Notes: generated from the sequence alone by a model not told the origin. Positions 12,416-27,357 are shown, counted from the first letter of the whole stretch. The stretch is DNA of 62,549 bases, filler included, from Dirinaria sp. TL-2023a (GCA_051941275.1; 12 parts of 12 records of this genome joined end to end with filler, not necessarily neighbours in it), one strand, 5' to 3'. Numbers and translations are program-made.

Positions 12416-14377
12416 ATGGATTCTTCAAAGCATTCGCGTGAAAACTCTTTAGAGCACACCAACGTTTCAATACCAGACGAGTCAACACCCTTACTTCGAC
12501 CAGACGAAGCGGTTGAAAGGGAACAGGGCACTATTTGTCACGCAAGCATTGGTGACAAAGTGCAGAATGGAGCTGGAGGCACGGATGAAGAATCATCAAC
12601 TATTTCTCAAAAGACCAGCAGTGGAGTAGATGCAAAGCTTGAAAATGGCATTCTTGGTATCATATCAGTTTTGCTTCTGGGCTGTTTCATCGCCAACGCA
12701 GATGGTTCCATCATCATGGCAACATACGGCACAATCGCGTCGGAAATCGACCGTCTGGACAATGGAAGCTGGCTTGTTGTCACATACGGCTTGGCATCGT
12801 GCGCCATTCAGCCTACTTACGGCAAATTGAGCGATCTCTATGGTAGAAAAGCGATGTTGATCTTCTTCTACACCCTTTTCACGCTTGGCTGTGCTCTGTG
12901 CGGTGCCGCTCTGAATCTGTGGCAGATGTTGCTGGGCCGCGCACTGGGGGGACTTGCCGCTGCTGGAATGACTTCCCTGGTTTCGGTGCTGATTGCAGAT
13001 ACCGTTCCACTGCGCGATGTTGCGACGTGGCGTAGTTATGTCAATATTGCAAGCACGGTGGGTAGAAGTGCTGGAGGGCCCATAGGAGGCTACCTTGCCG
13101 ACACAATCGGCTGGAGATGGTCTTTCTATATACAGTGCCCCTTAGCAATTATCGCTATTTTTCTAGTATCATGGAAAGTCCCAGGAAGAGTACCCCACGC
13201 ACGCGGCAGCGAAGAAAGCAAAGGGAAACTTCGTCGTATTGACTTTCTCGGCTCGATTTCGCTGGCCGTGGCTATTGTTGGCTTTCTGCTTGTTCTTGAT
13301 CTTGGCGGACAAAGGCTTTCTTGGAAACATCCGCTCATATGGATAATCTTTGCGGTTGCAGCTGTCTTCTCAAGCATTTTCATCCTTGTCGAGGCTTTTG
13401 TCGTTCGGGAGCCTATATTTCCCTTGCGGCTGCTGTTCCATCGAGACGTAATGACTACATATTCAATCACTGCACTACAGGGCACCGCTCAATTTGCAGT
13501 ATGGCTTCCAGGCACAAATATCTGAAATCAGCTCGAAAGCAATCAATGCTAAAAACATGCTAGGTGATGTACACTGTACCATTATACTTCCAGGTTACGA
13601 GCCAGATTTCCCTGACTAACGCTGGCTCTCGCCTCGTTCCTGCGGTCTTGGGCAACGCTGTTGGCGGCATTCTCTCTGGTATCCTGATCAAACGGTATTT
13701 CCATCCCCATGAATGTATCACAAATTTGGACATTTATCCGATCTCAGGACTGCATCTTATAAGATCCTTACTCTCGCAGGCACACTTTCATCGGTCTTGT
13801 GCTATGCGCTGCTTATCGTTTTCTGGAAAGGCAATACTAGCGTCTGGGAGTCTTTACTCATCGGTCCCGGCGGCTTTGGTACAGGTATTGTGCTTGCGAC
13901 AACTTTCGTCGCTATCGCGGCTGGTGTCGACGAGTCGCAGATGGCTATTGCAAGCACGGGATTGTACTTGAGCGGCAACATGGGAATGCTCATTGGCGCA
14001 AGTTTGGCGAGTAATATCTTATTATCGACATTGAGACTTGGGCTGGAAGCCGAATTGAAAGGGTTTCCAGATCGCGACATTGTGAGAGGAAATCTTCAAC
14101 ACGAGATCGCTATGAACAGCTGACTAGATTCAGATTTTGAAAAGGACCTTGGCTGATGTTGGATACATTAAGTCACTGCGAGGTCAGCTCAGGCGTATTG
14201 TGAAGGAATGCTACGTGCAAAGCTTCGAATACACACATGGTCAGTGAAGATCCCTGCTAAGAGTATATAACGCTTATTGAATCGTCATCGTTAGTGCTGT
14301 CATTGGTAGGTGCAGTATTAGCGACACTACTGACTCTTGTCATGAGAGAACACAAGCTTTCCAAATCTGACGATTGA
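12416..14377 (+). CDS. MFS transporter, DHA2/VBA-like (14-TMS vacuolar basic amino acid / drug transporter family)
   Basis: YGKLSDLYGRK motif A, GGPIGGYLADTIGWRWSF and EPIFPLRL. Several 3' introns; last exon ends MREHKLSKSDD* at 14377. Confidence 0.88.
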
Positions 14378-15107
14378 ATCAGAAAGTGATGAGAAGCGCA
14401 CGTAATCGATATCGAGTGCTTGATCTCCATATATTTGTGAAAGATGGAGTCTTTGATTAGATTAGTCGTCAACAATCTTTATAATTCTGTAAAATTCAAC
14501 GATAGACCTTAAGCCGAGAGTCTATAGTCTCTGGACTTACAGGATTACATTTTGTATTCTTTCGCGATTCCTTACCGTCTGGGCCGCCACTGTATCGACT
14601 CACATAGTGGAATCATACTCCCATCAACCAACTGATTTGCTCACACTACGTAATGCATCTTCCTTTAGGAAGTCATAAGCTATAGTCATTTCTTCTTTGC
14701 TCTGGTTGAATTTTTTCATATTGAATTCTTCTCTTCATACATACAAGGATAAAGGCTTTTCCAACCATTCCACGTAAGTCTGAATTAGCTCTATCAAAAT
14801 TCAAGGTTCACACTCCTCAGGATACTGACAGGTCTGCCGAAAGGCGGGAGTAAAATTAGAGAGTCTTGAAGTAAAAGAACGACAAAGGCGACTTAAAGTA
14901 AGCTTGAGTTTGTTTCTGTGATGATGCTGCAGAGTCCTACTGGGAGGTCGTGTGCGTTGCGCTGGGTCTTTCGTATGATCTCTAATTTAGGCTATTTTCA
15001 GACCGCAACGCAAGTCATGTGTCTCAAGCCTGTCAGCATAGCGTACTTCATCTTCCCCTGTTGCTTCTCCGCCTAGCTCGAGCCTCCTCGACTCCAAAGT
15101 CTTCATA

Positions 15108-15572
15108 TCAAGTTTGCGGGATGTTTTGAACTGGCGCCAAGCCATCAGACATATAGATGCTGTCGATCCCGCTCTTATCCTGACTGTCCTGCATAGCATA
15201 GATGTCCGGCATCTGACTTTCAGAGTGATTACGAGCTGTATTGATCACTGTCGATGTCCAACATCGAACAGAGCGCACTTTGAAATCCTGAAAAACATTG
15301 ACCAGCAACACCTTGTCATCTTGCATTGATCGTTTGTCCAGGATCACGAAGGCTTTGTGCCGCGAGCATATGGGAGCGATACCGTCCTGCGTAACCCGGT
15401 TAATCCACCGCACCAGATCCTCCACGCTAGCGCCCAGGAACACTTTGTCGAATGAAGAGAACCGAAACGGCGGACGAGTCCACAGCGGCGTGAGCTCGTC
15501 AATGATCAGATCTCGCCTCGTTGCGAGGAGGAAGGACTGCTCAGAGTCCTCTCGTCTGGTGTCTATTATCGC
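15108..15572 (-). CDS. Hypothetical protein, 3' part (FVILDxRS...VLLV...VRSVRC resembles fungal DUF6924-like proteins)
   Basis: Open frame AIIDTRRED...FLGASVEDL...FVILDKRSMQDDKVLLV; 5' end lost in the gap. Family call is from recall only. Confidence 0.4.
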   Translation of the reverse strand, partial: AIIDTRREDSEQSFLLATRRDLIIDELTPLWTRPPFRFSSFDKVFLGASVEDLVRWINRVTQDGIAPICSRHKAFVILDKRSMQDDKVLLVNVFQDFKVRSVRCWTSTVINTARNHSESQMPDIYAMQDSQDKSGIDSIYMSDGLAPVQNIPQT

Positions 15573-15774
15573 TTAAAGAGTCTCTTTCGTTCTCGCTTCA
15601 CTCCCTTCACTGAGGAAGGTATTGATGAANNNNNNNNNNNNNNNNNNNNNNNNNNNNNNNNNNNNNNNNNNNNTTAATTAATTAANNNNNNNNNNNNNNN
15701 NNNNNNNNNNNNNNNNNNNNNNNNNNNNNCTTATAGGTAGGCGAAAAGGGGGGATCGGTCGGAGCAAAACGTAC

Positions 15775-16514
<740 letters not shown>

Positions 16515-18286
16515 TATTGCAGCGGAGTGTAGGAATAGTTGTTTAGCAGGGATAGACAACCTTGGGAGCCGGTTTAAAAGCCTGGAAGGGAGTCCGCTTA
16601 TTCCATGCTGGATGGGTTTGGCGACTAGCTGCTAGCTGAAGAGTGAAGGCTCAGGGAGCAACGACCGAAGCAGCATCCAATATCTAGGTTGGGCTCAATT
16701 TGAACATGTTGATAGGAACTCAAGCAACAAGCAGTTTGATACTCGGTAGGGTTTGAATTTGGTGATCCGGAGCTACTGCAGGAACGAATACGGAACTCAA
16801 GATGGACCGGATTCCGCTGCTTAATTTAGGGTTGGATGTTCCATCACACAACCCTAAAGACTAACGAAACCAGTAGCCCATAAGCATTCCTGTAGGCTTG
16901 CAGACTTCACTTCTAAGATGCTGGGGCATATTCGTAGTGTATCTAGCATGTGCGTGTTACATGTACAAAGGTATCGCTCAATTACCCATTTAAACGGATT
17001 TCTTGCACAGATGCAATCCGCATTATATTTTCTTGTAAGACGTCGAATCGTCGATCTCACTATTCGCCATGACCCACATCCCTAGAACCTGTCCATTCAA
17101 TCACTATTTGACGTCCGTCCGTTCTACAATCTACACATCTCAATCGCAATTGCCTCTTTAGCGTCCCCTTCCCCTCTTTCCTCGTAACTGCCATCAATCC
17201 GAGCAATAGCATGGATGAAGTGGACTCAGCTTTTGAAATCTGGGAGGCCATTATATAACTCTAAGTATGCCATACATTTTGAGTGGCTGAGCGGCTCATC
17301 GACATACGACGGAGAGTCAAACCCAGGTTCCTCATTCGACAGCGTTGTTATTGGGTCGTCACTGAGTTTTACTAATAATATTTTTTGGGCCTTGTTATGG
17401 ATAATATACATATGGATTTCTAATCTTGCGGCATTTGAGTCGGTTGATTTCCCGGTTTCTGACTCTGAGTTTTCGGATGCCTACCGATGCAGCTGCTTGC
17501 AGACGTTGGTACCCAATAAGCAGCGACTCCTGTCATCATTGCGTTTATGGAGTTGGATTTGTCGCGAGCATAGAAGCAGCTACACTGCGAGATGAAAAGA
17601 TTAGTCGGTTTTCGTGGCATAGGAAAAGCAATTCTTGAAGAGTTTGTTGCTAACATATTCAGCATGATAACAGCTTCAATTTGTTGCGAGCCTCAACCGC
17701 CGCCGTCCTTGCTGACTACAACCACAAGTTTTCCGTCTTAGGAATAAAGGTGAACCTTGCGCTTAGAACTTTAGCCGCCGACGTAGCTGGTAATGCAGGC
17801 GATCCAAAAAGTTTTGATAAGTGCAGATCGGTGGACTTGTGGTGACAGCCAATTGATGGACAGAATACCTCCGAATGCGATCCCTGCACCAAATGCATCT
17901 GCTATTGATTCGACCAGGGTACTTCTCTATCGATCACAGTGCATATTGATCGACAAACTATTTTTCTAGAGTACAATGCTGCGATGCCTGCTGCTGGTGC
18001 CTAGTGCTGCTACATGAAACTGGGATACGATAAGTTTTTCCAGTTCCCCAGATCCTGATAGACTATCGACGCTATCCATCAACTTTTCATCTAGGACCCT
18101 TGATACATGGACCCTTGATACTTTGCTCTGGTCCGTTTTGGTTCCCTCAAGCCATAAGTGACCGAACAGTTCAGCCAGCTCTTACGATGATCATACTGTA
18201 CCAACGTCGGACAGCAAGCCGAGTGTGCAGACCCTTTTCGCTCAAGCTCGTCAAATGCGTCTCTCAAGGCAGCTAATCAACAAGCC

Positions 18287-20050
18287 ATGGCTACAGTGGT
18301 CAGACGATTCCTTGGACCATTTGCTCGATGGGTCGGCACTTTACTTTTTACGGCTCTGTTTGTGATGACTGCAAAGATATACCAGGGCAAGGGTAACTTC
18401 ACATCAGCACAAAAGGCCGCCTTCAATATAATCACATTCATAGTGTTGCTGATTCTTGGTCTCAATTACTTTGTGAGCAATAGCTTGATGAGACATTCAA
18501 AAGGATGAAGCTAATGTCTAGTATCAGCAAGCGTTCAAGGAGCTGGCAGTGGTTCTACAAACAAGATTATCACGATGGACTGACGCAAACCAAGACAAGC
18601 GGCTAATAGAGGGCATTGATAGCTTGCTGAATGTTTTACGACTGGGGCGCACGACTGCTTCAAAGCCACTGGCAACATTTTGTGCCTTGTGGGTGAGTAT
18701 GCAGTTTCCCCCTTGAGTTGCGTCCACGACTTGCGTCGCCTTGACCGATAGTGCAACCCGGATCTCTGGCTGACTTTGCCTGTGCTCCTTTCAGATTACA
18801 CTCAATCTCGTCCGGCCCCCTTTCACCTAATTCATGGAGGCACAGCTAAAGGGTTTCCAGGCCGCGCAGATAGTCGTAGGTCTGACGCAGCTGACGTACA
18901 CTGTAAACGATGGGACTAGTTACAATGACACGTATACAACGCACGGCAATGTCAACGTCTCAGATCTCTCGTGCTACCACATGCAATATCTTCAAAAAGG
19001 TTGTCCATCGGAAGTCACGACCCAAACTGTCGCGCACTCTTACGGCGAGATGAACGTGGGCTATGAATGGCGTATCTACAACGACATAGCGGATGTACTC
19101 GACTCTAAACACAATTATCGCTACTACTGGCGACAGATAAGAAATCAACGGCAATTTGCCTACCGGTTCAACGAGTACAACCCAGAAGATAAGGAGCAAG
19201 TGTATCCTTTTTTCACGAACCGAATCATTACTGCGGAATCTGTCCACTGCTTCACGTACAACGAGACTGGCTCAGATGGTAAGGAACCAAACACGTTTAG
19301 TTACACGAATGGGACACACAACGGCACGGTTGCAATACCAAATGTTTACTTGGGTCAACAAGGTACTACTTATATGTACCTGGGCTATCATCCGCCAGCC
19401 TCGGCCCCTCTCTACAGCTGTGGTCCTCGATGCCTCTGGATGTGGGCTTATAAGAACCCGGGTACGCCAGAACCCAGCGCTTTCTACCAATGCGCTGTCA
19501 ACGTCAGCACTGTCAGCAACACTAGCGCCCCCCAACATTCCATCCCTGATCACGTGGCCAAGAATGCGGCTGCGTCGGTTGCACTACATGGCACCTGGAC
19601 TGGCACCGGAAAGGATCAAGACTACCGGTCTTTTCAGTTTTATGCGAGTGGGTGCGTGATTGAGACAGAAACCTTCCCTTGCAAGTGGCTTGTCTGTTGA
19701 CGTTTGCATTGGATTATAGGTCGGCTTGGGAAATCCATCACAAAGACGCCGACCTGGTAGGCGAGAACTTTGCAAAGTTTACCCTTGGCTCACTGGCAAC
19801 CATGGCGAGCTTGAACCCACCGATCCAGATCCCGGGGCATTTACCTCATCTTGGCCACCAGCTCCAGATATACGAACCGTACTTTTGGGCACTGGTATCT
19901 TGCATTGTGGTGGTACACTTTGCTGTTCTTGTTGCGACGATTCTCTGGGTCAAAGATGCTGCGAGTTATCCTGCTGGTGGAGCAGATGGATACGAGATGC
20001 ACTCCGAAGCTGGTCATGATAACAAGTCTCAACAAAGTCTCGTTCGATAA
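18287..20050 (+). CDS. Uncharacterised fungal membrane protein (N-terminal TM helices, Cys- and N-glycosylation-rich luminal domain, C-terminal TM)
   Basis: Spliced model joining ORFs 18287, 18834 and 19679, including a 15-nt micro-exon (ITLNL). Many NxS/T sites and a CGPRC motif. Start codon uncertain. Confidence 0.7.
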
Positions 20051-20963
20051 TCTCGTAAAAGACATACTCTGCCCACTAGAACGTCAACATGTTACAATTA
20101 CCGCCAATTAAATCCCTTCTTTCATGATGGCTTCTTTCGATATCCACTATTCATCCATCATGCGCTTAGCCGCTTGTATAGGGGTAGTAGCTGGCTTCAT
20201 GATGGCCTAAAATATTCGGTGATCAGCGATTGATATGGTTGAGGGTTTGTTCTAGACACTTTCACTAAGTCCTGCCGAGACAATACCAAAACATTACCCG
20301 CCATCACAGCTCGTCTCACCGCTGATATTCGTCTGTGAAAACGAAAACCTACCTAATCTAATGTGCAAAGAAGAAGGGTACCTTATACTTTCTTTAATTC
20401 CCTATGATTCCTCCATGCAAGCAGCAAGGCAAGAAAAGTAGCAGATACCTTATCTATTGCCGCAGCTGATTCATCCCCCAGAAATCATTACTTATTCAAA
20501 AAGCTCTGCTGCATCCAAGATGAACCAATTATATTAACTTCATTGTTCACTGTATGTTTATATAAAGTAAAGAAATTATATCTTGGACCTTGTTCTGAAT
20601 AATATAAACCATATAACAGCAGCTTTAAAGAATACTCATGCTCCCCACTGTGGGTATTCATTGTGCATCCGCCTCGCATCGTCTTTTCCATCCTCCGAAA
20701 GTCAACATTCTTAAACCATTGCCCCCCTTTTTCAGTTGAAAAAAAAAAAAAAAAACCTTCGATCGACAAGTCTGACGCTTGATACAACTCGTTTGAATAG
20801 TCTGTCCATTGATGATTCCATCTTCTGTTACTCTTCACCTCCATAAGGTATCTAAACACCCCCNNNNNNNNNNNNNNNNNNNNNNNNNNNNNNNNNNNNN
20901 NNNNNNNTTAATTAATTAANNNNNNNNNNNNNNNNNNNNNNNNNNNNNNNNNNNNNNNNNNNN

Positions 20964-21374
20964 GTCGCAGCCACCGCCAGCCTCGCAAATATGCTGGTAG
21001 ATGAGAAACCGAAACCTGCAGCGCGCGGCGGCCGCCGCGGCGGTAAAGCCGCGACTACTACGACTCGTGGAAGAAAAGCCACGAACCCTACATCCACCAC
21101 CACAACTACGACAACGACAACCATGAAACCGCCAACGACGAGAGCAAGGAGGGGCGCGGCTGAGCCCGTTATTCCTACGGATACCCGCATCGTGAGTAAC
21201 GTCAGCGAAATGTCCACCACATCGAACGCGACGACTGTGGTCAAGAAGAGTAGCGCGAAGGCTCCTGCTGCTACCGGCGGTGGGACAAAGCGAGGTGCTG
21301 CTGCGGCAGGGAAGAAAGTCACGGATGCGCCACCACCACCGGCCGGGAAGAGGGTTTTGAGGAAGCGAGGATGA
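20964..21374 (+). CDS. C-terminal low-complexity basic tail, probably of a Borealin/Nbl1-domain protein (5' truncated)
   Basis: Thr/Ala/Arg-rich tail ending GKRVLRKRG*, as recalled for Pezizomycotina Borealin-N proteins. The diagnostic domain is not in the window. Confidence 0.45.
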   Translation, partial: VAATASLANMLVDEKPKPAARGGRRGGKAATTTTRGRKATNPTSTTTTTTTTTMKPPTTRARRGAAEPVIPTDTRIVSNVSEMSTTSNATTVVKKSSAKAPAATGGGTKRGAAAAGKKVTDAPPPPAGKRVLRKRG

Positions 21375-22036
21375 AGGTTTTTTCTTTTCTTTTTTTTTTT
21401 TTTTTTTCACTTCTTGTATGCCATGAACGGTTAATCTTTTTTTTTTTTCTGTCTTTGGGAATCGTACAGCGTTGTGTGCATGTAGGCAGGCATTGCTGCC
21501 GTTGTGTTGGTAGTTGGTAGTATCACTTAAGTAGGTTCTTAGCTTGAGAAAAGAAAAAAGTATCTTCATGTGACTGGAAGAAACCGCTTTGGAGGGTACC
21601 TCGTATCGGAGAATGTGGTGTGCAGAATACAGTAGCCTACTTACATGGGTTTGTAGGTAATAGCATGACTCTCTTCCGCCCCCCCATTAAGGAATCATCA
21701 AAATACTAAGGTATGGGCATGAGTCTATATCACACATTTGTTCCGCCGGTTTCAGGGACTAGGACTGGGGGATAGGGAATATATGCGTGGAAAATTTCAC
21801 TATTCAGTTTTTATGTCCAAGGGGCGGTTTTGCCTTTCCAGGTTCGTGAGAAAAAGAGAGCGTTGTTATTGTGATTATCGGGATACAGAGTTTTTTTTTT
21901 TTTTTTTTTTTTTTTTGGATATTCAATCCGCGATGAAGTTCTTTGCGATTATCTTTCCTCCCCTCCTGCCTTTCCTTCCTCAAGTTCGACTTTTTCCTTC
22001 TTCTAGGGCCGGAATAACTTCATGTTTACATACCAT

Positions 22037-23031
22037 TCACGCCCAAACAGCCTTGTTTTCCTCGACGAAATCTTTGAATCGCACGGGTTCCTTGCCCGTG
22101 ATATCCTTCACCGCGGAGCTCAACCTTTCCTCTGAACCGTCCGCCGCGCCCGCGGACAAGCCAGCCAGGGTCTCGGCGTAATCCTGCGGCAGGCCGGCGC
22201 CGAGCATCGCCTGCTCCAGCTGCTGCTTGGAGAGGTTCACGTGCGTGATTTCTCTGCCGAGAGCTTGGGAGAGGATTTTTGCCGCCTGCGAGGGGTGCTT
22301 GTTAGCGAGGGGAGGAACTTTCCTTGCGAAGGTGGTAGGAGGGAGAGAAAGAAAGGGTGTGTTACGTACGTCGTCGTAAGTAAGTAGCTCGGGTCCGAGG
22401 ATCAGGTAGTCCCGGTTGTGAGGCTGGGGATCGGTGAGAAGGCGGGCTGCGACGGCGGCGATGTCGGCGCTGGCGATCAGTGGGATCTTGCCGTTGCCGG
22501 ATGCGGTGTAGAATTTGTTCTCTGCGCGGATGGTGTGCAGGTGGCCCTGCTCGGAGAAATTTTCTGCGTTGAAAACGCCGGTTAGTTTGAGGACCTGGGC
22601 TACGGATGTAGCTGTTGAGGGAGTTTGGACGCACCCATAAACCAGGTAGGCTGAAGGACACCGTACTCGACTTTCTTGTCTATCAAATACTGGTGGATGG
22701 CGCCGTGACTGGGTATATGGCCCTCGGAAGCGCTGGAGGTCAGCAATATGAATCGCTTGACCTTTTTCTCAATGGCGTAATCAATGAACGCTTTTGCGGC
22801 CTCGGCTATGTCGAGCTGAGGTAGGACGATGTATATTGCAGTAATATCCGAAGCCAAGGCGAAGGGGTTGCCATAGGTCGCATTGTCGTACCAATCGAAT
22901 TTGCAACCTGGAAAGTCGTCCAGACCTTTTCCAGAGCGAGAGGCTATGATAGCCGGCGTTCCTTGTTCTTTAAGCACAGAGGCGACGCGAGAAGATGTCT
23001 TGCCCGTCCCGCCGGTGAGGAGAATCGTCAT
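22037..23031 (-). CDS. NmrA-like NAD(P)-binding reductase, EasG (agroclavine/festuclavine dehydrogenase)-like family
   Basis: MTILLTGGTGKTSSRVA; FDWYD; LQPTWFM|ENF; YTASGNGKIPLI; ITGKEPVRFKDFVEENKAVWA*; two introns. Confidence 0.85.
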
Positions 23032-24263
23032 CTTGACGTTAAAAATTGGGAGCTGCAAGGCCTTACTTGCTATCTCTTGTTATACCTTAGAACTCTCTCC
23101 AATGGCTATTCTCCTGCTTATATATTGTTTAGCTTGGCACGTCCTGCGCACCTCTCAATCGGTACTAAGAGACGGCGCAGCACAGTATTAGAAATACAAG
23201 ATGCGTAAGCTGCCAACACAAGATCAAGCCACGCAATGATGCCTATAAGGAGCACAGATAGACCATATTCGGATCCTAGATATGTGGAGATATATTGGGT
23301 GACTCATGCGGGGAGCTTCAATTAGGTACTCCGTACGCTGAGCATGCTCACGAGATTCCTGCAAAATCGGGGCAATCTTGGACCGAGAAACTTGCACGAT
23401 TCGGGGAATGATCTCGACCGGAGCAAGGACGAAGCCTAAGGCCAAGAGTGCTGGCTTGAGTCTCCATGCTGAGCTCACAGCAATTATGGTTAGCAGTCGG
23501 TTAAAGGATTGTTCAAGCGGGGGATCATCCCCGACGCGGCCCTTGGCTTGACAGCTTACAAACCGAACCTTCAATATTGCTTGCTAATACAAGGGAACAG
23601 CCTCAGATCCTGCTGATTTGAGGAAAGAGAAGAATGCGAAAAGGGACGTGCACTCCTTGATAATATAACGTATATATGCAGGCCGCTTCACTGGACCCTA
23701 AACCCTTGAATTGGAAAGTACAGATGGTAAGATGAAGAATTGCTTTCTCAATAAGCAAAGTCGCTCGATATGGCATGAAGGAGATGGTACTTGCGATTTC
23801 GAAGTTTGCATATTCTCCTTGGCAGCTCATGATTCTAATCGCCGTTGATTTGAGATGAATAATATCAACAAATGGCAGTGCTTCGGCGTCTTAGGTAGAC
23901 TGCAGCATGCAGATTCCCCATGTTGTGCTGAATTGCTGAATGGATGTATAAGTAGTCTGCATCTCTCACTGAACAGTGGATTTTTTAGAGGAGACTTTAG
24001 CAAAGCAAGGAGTCTTGGAATTGAATAAGTTGCTGTACATGATAATAGGTGGACGAGTACGAGATACAATAATGGAATCTGTCAATGCACAAGCATTATC
24101 TCATTAAAGTAGGACGGGTCGCGTCAATAAAATCTTTCTCTTATCTCCGGCGCCCACCAAAATATTGCCGAGCTTGCAATTCTTGCATCACCCACCAAAT
24201 TTCGAGACTGATTCTTGAAAAATCTCCAATACTTCAAAATTTCGTCGACACAACTCATTTACC

Positions 24264-26086
24264 ATGGCTCTGTCAAGTATAGTAACGGCGCTTCCGTCTG
24301 ATGAAACTTGGGGTCCGCCCACCACTACCGACTCCTTGGTCGACGGTGTTCCTTACGCTCCCTATTCGAAGGGGGATAAGCTGGGGCGAATGGCGGACTG
24401 GACCGCGGAGGGCAAAGATCGAGAAGGGCGAAACAGGCCGCAATACAACCGTAATTACAGAGACCAGCAGGTCTACGGGGCGGGAACCTCCAGCCTTTTT
24501 GCTATCCAAGTCGCTGAAGACGAGTCATCTTTCTCTGTTGTCGATAATACTCGGACACAGAAGACGAGAGCTTTCGGACGTGGCGGCGCTGCAGTCTTCC
24601 GTGGCCGTGGTCGTGGAGGCCGGGATCAGCGAGGAGGACGAGGTACATTTCAGCGGGTGGGGGGACGAGGGGGTCAGCAAGGGTACTATGACCAGCGAGG
24701 TGGACGAGGCCGTGGTGGCAGACGGTTCGGTTGGAAAGATTACGACAAGCCTCAGCGCAACAGAGACTCTTCCGTTACCATCAGGCCCGAATGGCAGATG
24801 CTGGAAGAAATCGACTTCAACCGATTGGCAAAGTTGAACCTGGAGACCAGCTCGGGCGAGGATATTGACAGCTACGGTTTCTTATACTACTATGACCGCT
24901 CCTACGACAAACCACCAGTCAAGAACACGGAGCGGAAGCTCAATGTTGTTGACCGAGCAGCCTACAACGTTACTACATCATCCGATCCCATCATCCAAGA
25001 ACTCGCCGAGAAAGACGAAGCGACCATCTTCGCCACCGACAATATCCTGTCAATGCTAATGTGCGCGAACCGCTCTGTCTACTCCTGGGACCTAGTCATT
25101 ACGCATCAAGGTGGCAAGATATATCTCGACAAACGCGAGGGTTCCTCAGTAGACATGGTCAGTGTCAATGAGAATGCCGCCGACGCACCCTTGGAAGCAT
25201 CCGAGGGCAACAAAGACTCCATCAACTTCCCAGGGGCTCTCGCACTGGAGGCAACATTCATCAACCACAATTTCGCAAATCAGACAGTCATGGAGTCCGA
25301 GACCTCAAAATTCGAGATGCAACACTCGAATCCATTCTACAACCCCTCCGAAGAAACAGATCCCTTAGCCTCCAAAGCGTACAAGTACCGCCGCTTCGAC
25401 CTATCACTAGAAAAAGACGAAGACCCCTTGCATCTCATAGTGCGTACCGAAATCGACGCCGTGGTGAAAAATAACATCAGTGGCGAAGACCAACTCTTGA
25501 CCGTGAAGGCGCTTAACGAATTCGATCACAAAGCGCAAGGCAGCGGAGGAGCTCTCGATTGGCGCACGAAGTTGACGAGCCAGAGAGGCGCGGTGATGGC
25601 GACGGAAATGAAGAACAACGGGTGCAAGCTCGCGCGGTGGACGACTCAGAGCATCCTCGCCAGGGCAGATGTTATGAAACTTGGGTACGTATATATATTC
25701 ATACACAAATCCAAATCAAAAAACACTCCCCCATATACTTTCCCCCCAACAACTAACACAACCCCTCCCCTTTTCTCTCTATCAGATTCGTATCCCGCGC
25801 CGCCCCCAAGACCAACGATCGGCACGTGATCCTCGGCGTGATGGGCTACGACCCGCGCAAATTCGCCGAGCAAATGGGCCTCAACCTGGCCAACGGCTGG
25901 GGCATCGTGCGTACGATCGTCGACATGTGCCGCAGCATGGAGGAGGGCAAATACGTGCTGGTCAAAGACCCGAACAAGACGCTGCTGAGGCTGTATAAAG
26001 TGCCGCTGAGCACGTTTGAGGAAGGCGAGGAGGATGGCGAGGAGGTTGTTGCGGGCGAGGAAGAAGAGGAGGGGGAGGGGGAGTAG
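24264..26086 (+). CDS. EIF3D: Eukaryotic translation initiation factor 3 subunit D
   Basis: [21 protein letters not shown]-rich region, [10 protein letters not shown] and [14 protein letters not shown]. An intron before FVSR leads to the acidic C-terminus. Confidence 0.97.
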
Positions 26087-26233
26087 GNNNNNNNNNNNNN
26101 NNNNNNNNNNNNNNNNNNNNNNNNNNNNNNNTTAATTAATTAANNNNNNNNNNNNNNNNNNNNNNNNNNNNNNNNNNNNNNNNNNNNAGAGGGAGAAGTG
26201 AAGAAGGCTAATTTGGTGCGTGTGCAATTCTAG

Positions 26234-26608
26234 CCAAATCCAAGAAACAGCGACGCAAAGCGGCGAAAGCGGAGCGCAGACGCATGTTACTTGATCCGGA
26301 CTCTGGGGTGCCTAAGATACCTCTGGTAAGGGTTTCTTTTTTTATTTCCCTTTTCTTTTTGCTGGTCTCCATCAAATCCCCTTTACGTTCTATGCACATT
26401 TACAAATATGCAAATTCAATCTCCTGATTTTCTAATGCAGGAGCACCAATCCATCGACCTCCCCTCTGCAACACCCGAGGCATATCAGACGGCCGAAAGC
26501 GAAGAGCAACGGGTGGCGCGAGAAGCGCGGGAGGGGCTTACGGGGGCGATGAGGGTGCGCAGGAGGAAGGATATTAAGGAAGGGAATTATTTGAAGGGGC
26601 TTCGGTAG
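26234..26608 (+). CDS. Last two exons of a basic uncharacterised fungal protein (5' truncated)
   Basis: KSKKQRRKAAKAERRR...VPKIPL|EHQSIDLP...MRVRRRKDIKEGNYLKGLR* with a canonical intron. Confidence 0.6.
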
Positions 26609-27357
26609 TAGTGAGCCTATCGTGGGAGGAGGTGGAGATCTTGGGGTGGGTGCTAGGGAGGAAATTGGAGGTTGCAAACTGGATCTGAATCACGCGTGAT
26701 AGAGGCTCTTGATGTCGATGGTGAGGCCTGCAATTTTAAAGTGGTTTTCCGTTTAGAAAGCATGTATCAAATAGTGTACATACAGATCTGGCATCTATCC
26801 TTCTTCAATCGAGGATTCAAATGTTAGATTGGTTCTTACAATAAGCAAAGAATTTGTAAAGATCAACCCATTTACCGCCGCTGTTCTATACATTCTCGAC
26901 GCGAGTTGCCATATTAGACTTTTACAACTTGACTTTTCTTCTTCTCTAGGCGCTGTCGCGTAAATGCGTCCATGCTGGACATTAGCTTTTGAGCAGCTGA
27001 TTTGGAGCAGACGCGTTTGTAGGTGCTATGGAAAACACTTGATGTGTTCTAATTAACCCGTTACTGAGATACGATCTCAGCGTAGATTATTAGCTCATAC
27101 TCGTGTAGGCGTATCGAGCATGTGGCGTTCTTGGTTCTGGTGTGATACTAGTTCAGCATAAGCATACATGTATACTGCTGTTGTGCCAAAGAAGTACGGA
27201 TAAGCAGAGATTGTTCCCATAACTTATACTGATAAGCTACACGGTAGTGTTTACGAAGTAAGCAGGCTGCTAGGTTCCGCATGTGTGCAGCCACACATGG
27301 AAGGAATGCTATTGTGGAAACGGCGAATACTTGCCAGGTCAAGGGCCGGACGATGCA

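Noticed and set aside
10649..14377. Divergent sulfatase and MFS transporter as a sulfate-ester uptake module
   Set aside because: The transporter is DHA2/VBA-type and the sulfatase looks disrupted; nothing supports a functional link.
17060..17700. Stop-interrupted coding-like frame on the minus strand
   Set aside because: It may be a decayed gene, but no family is recognisable.
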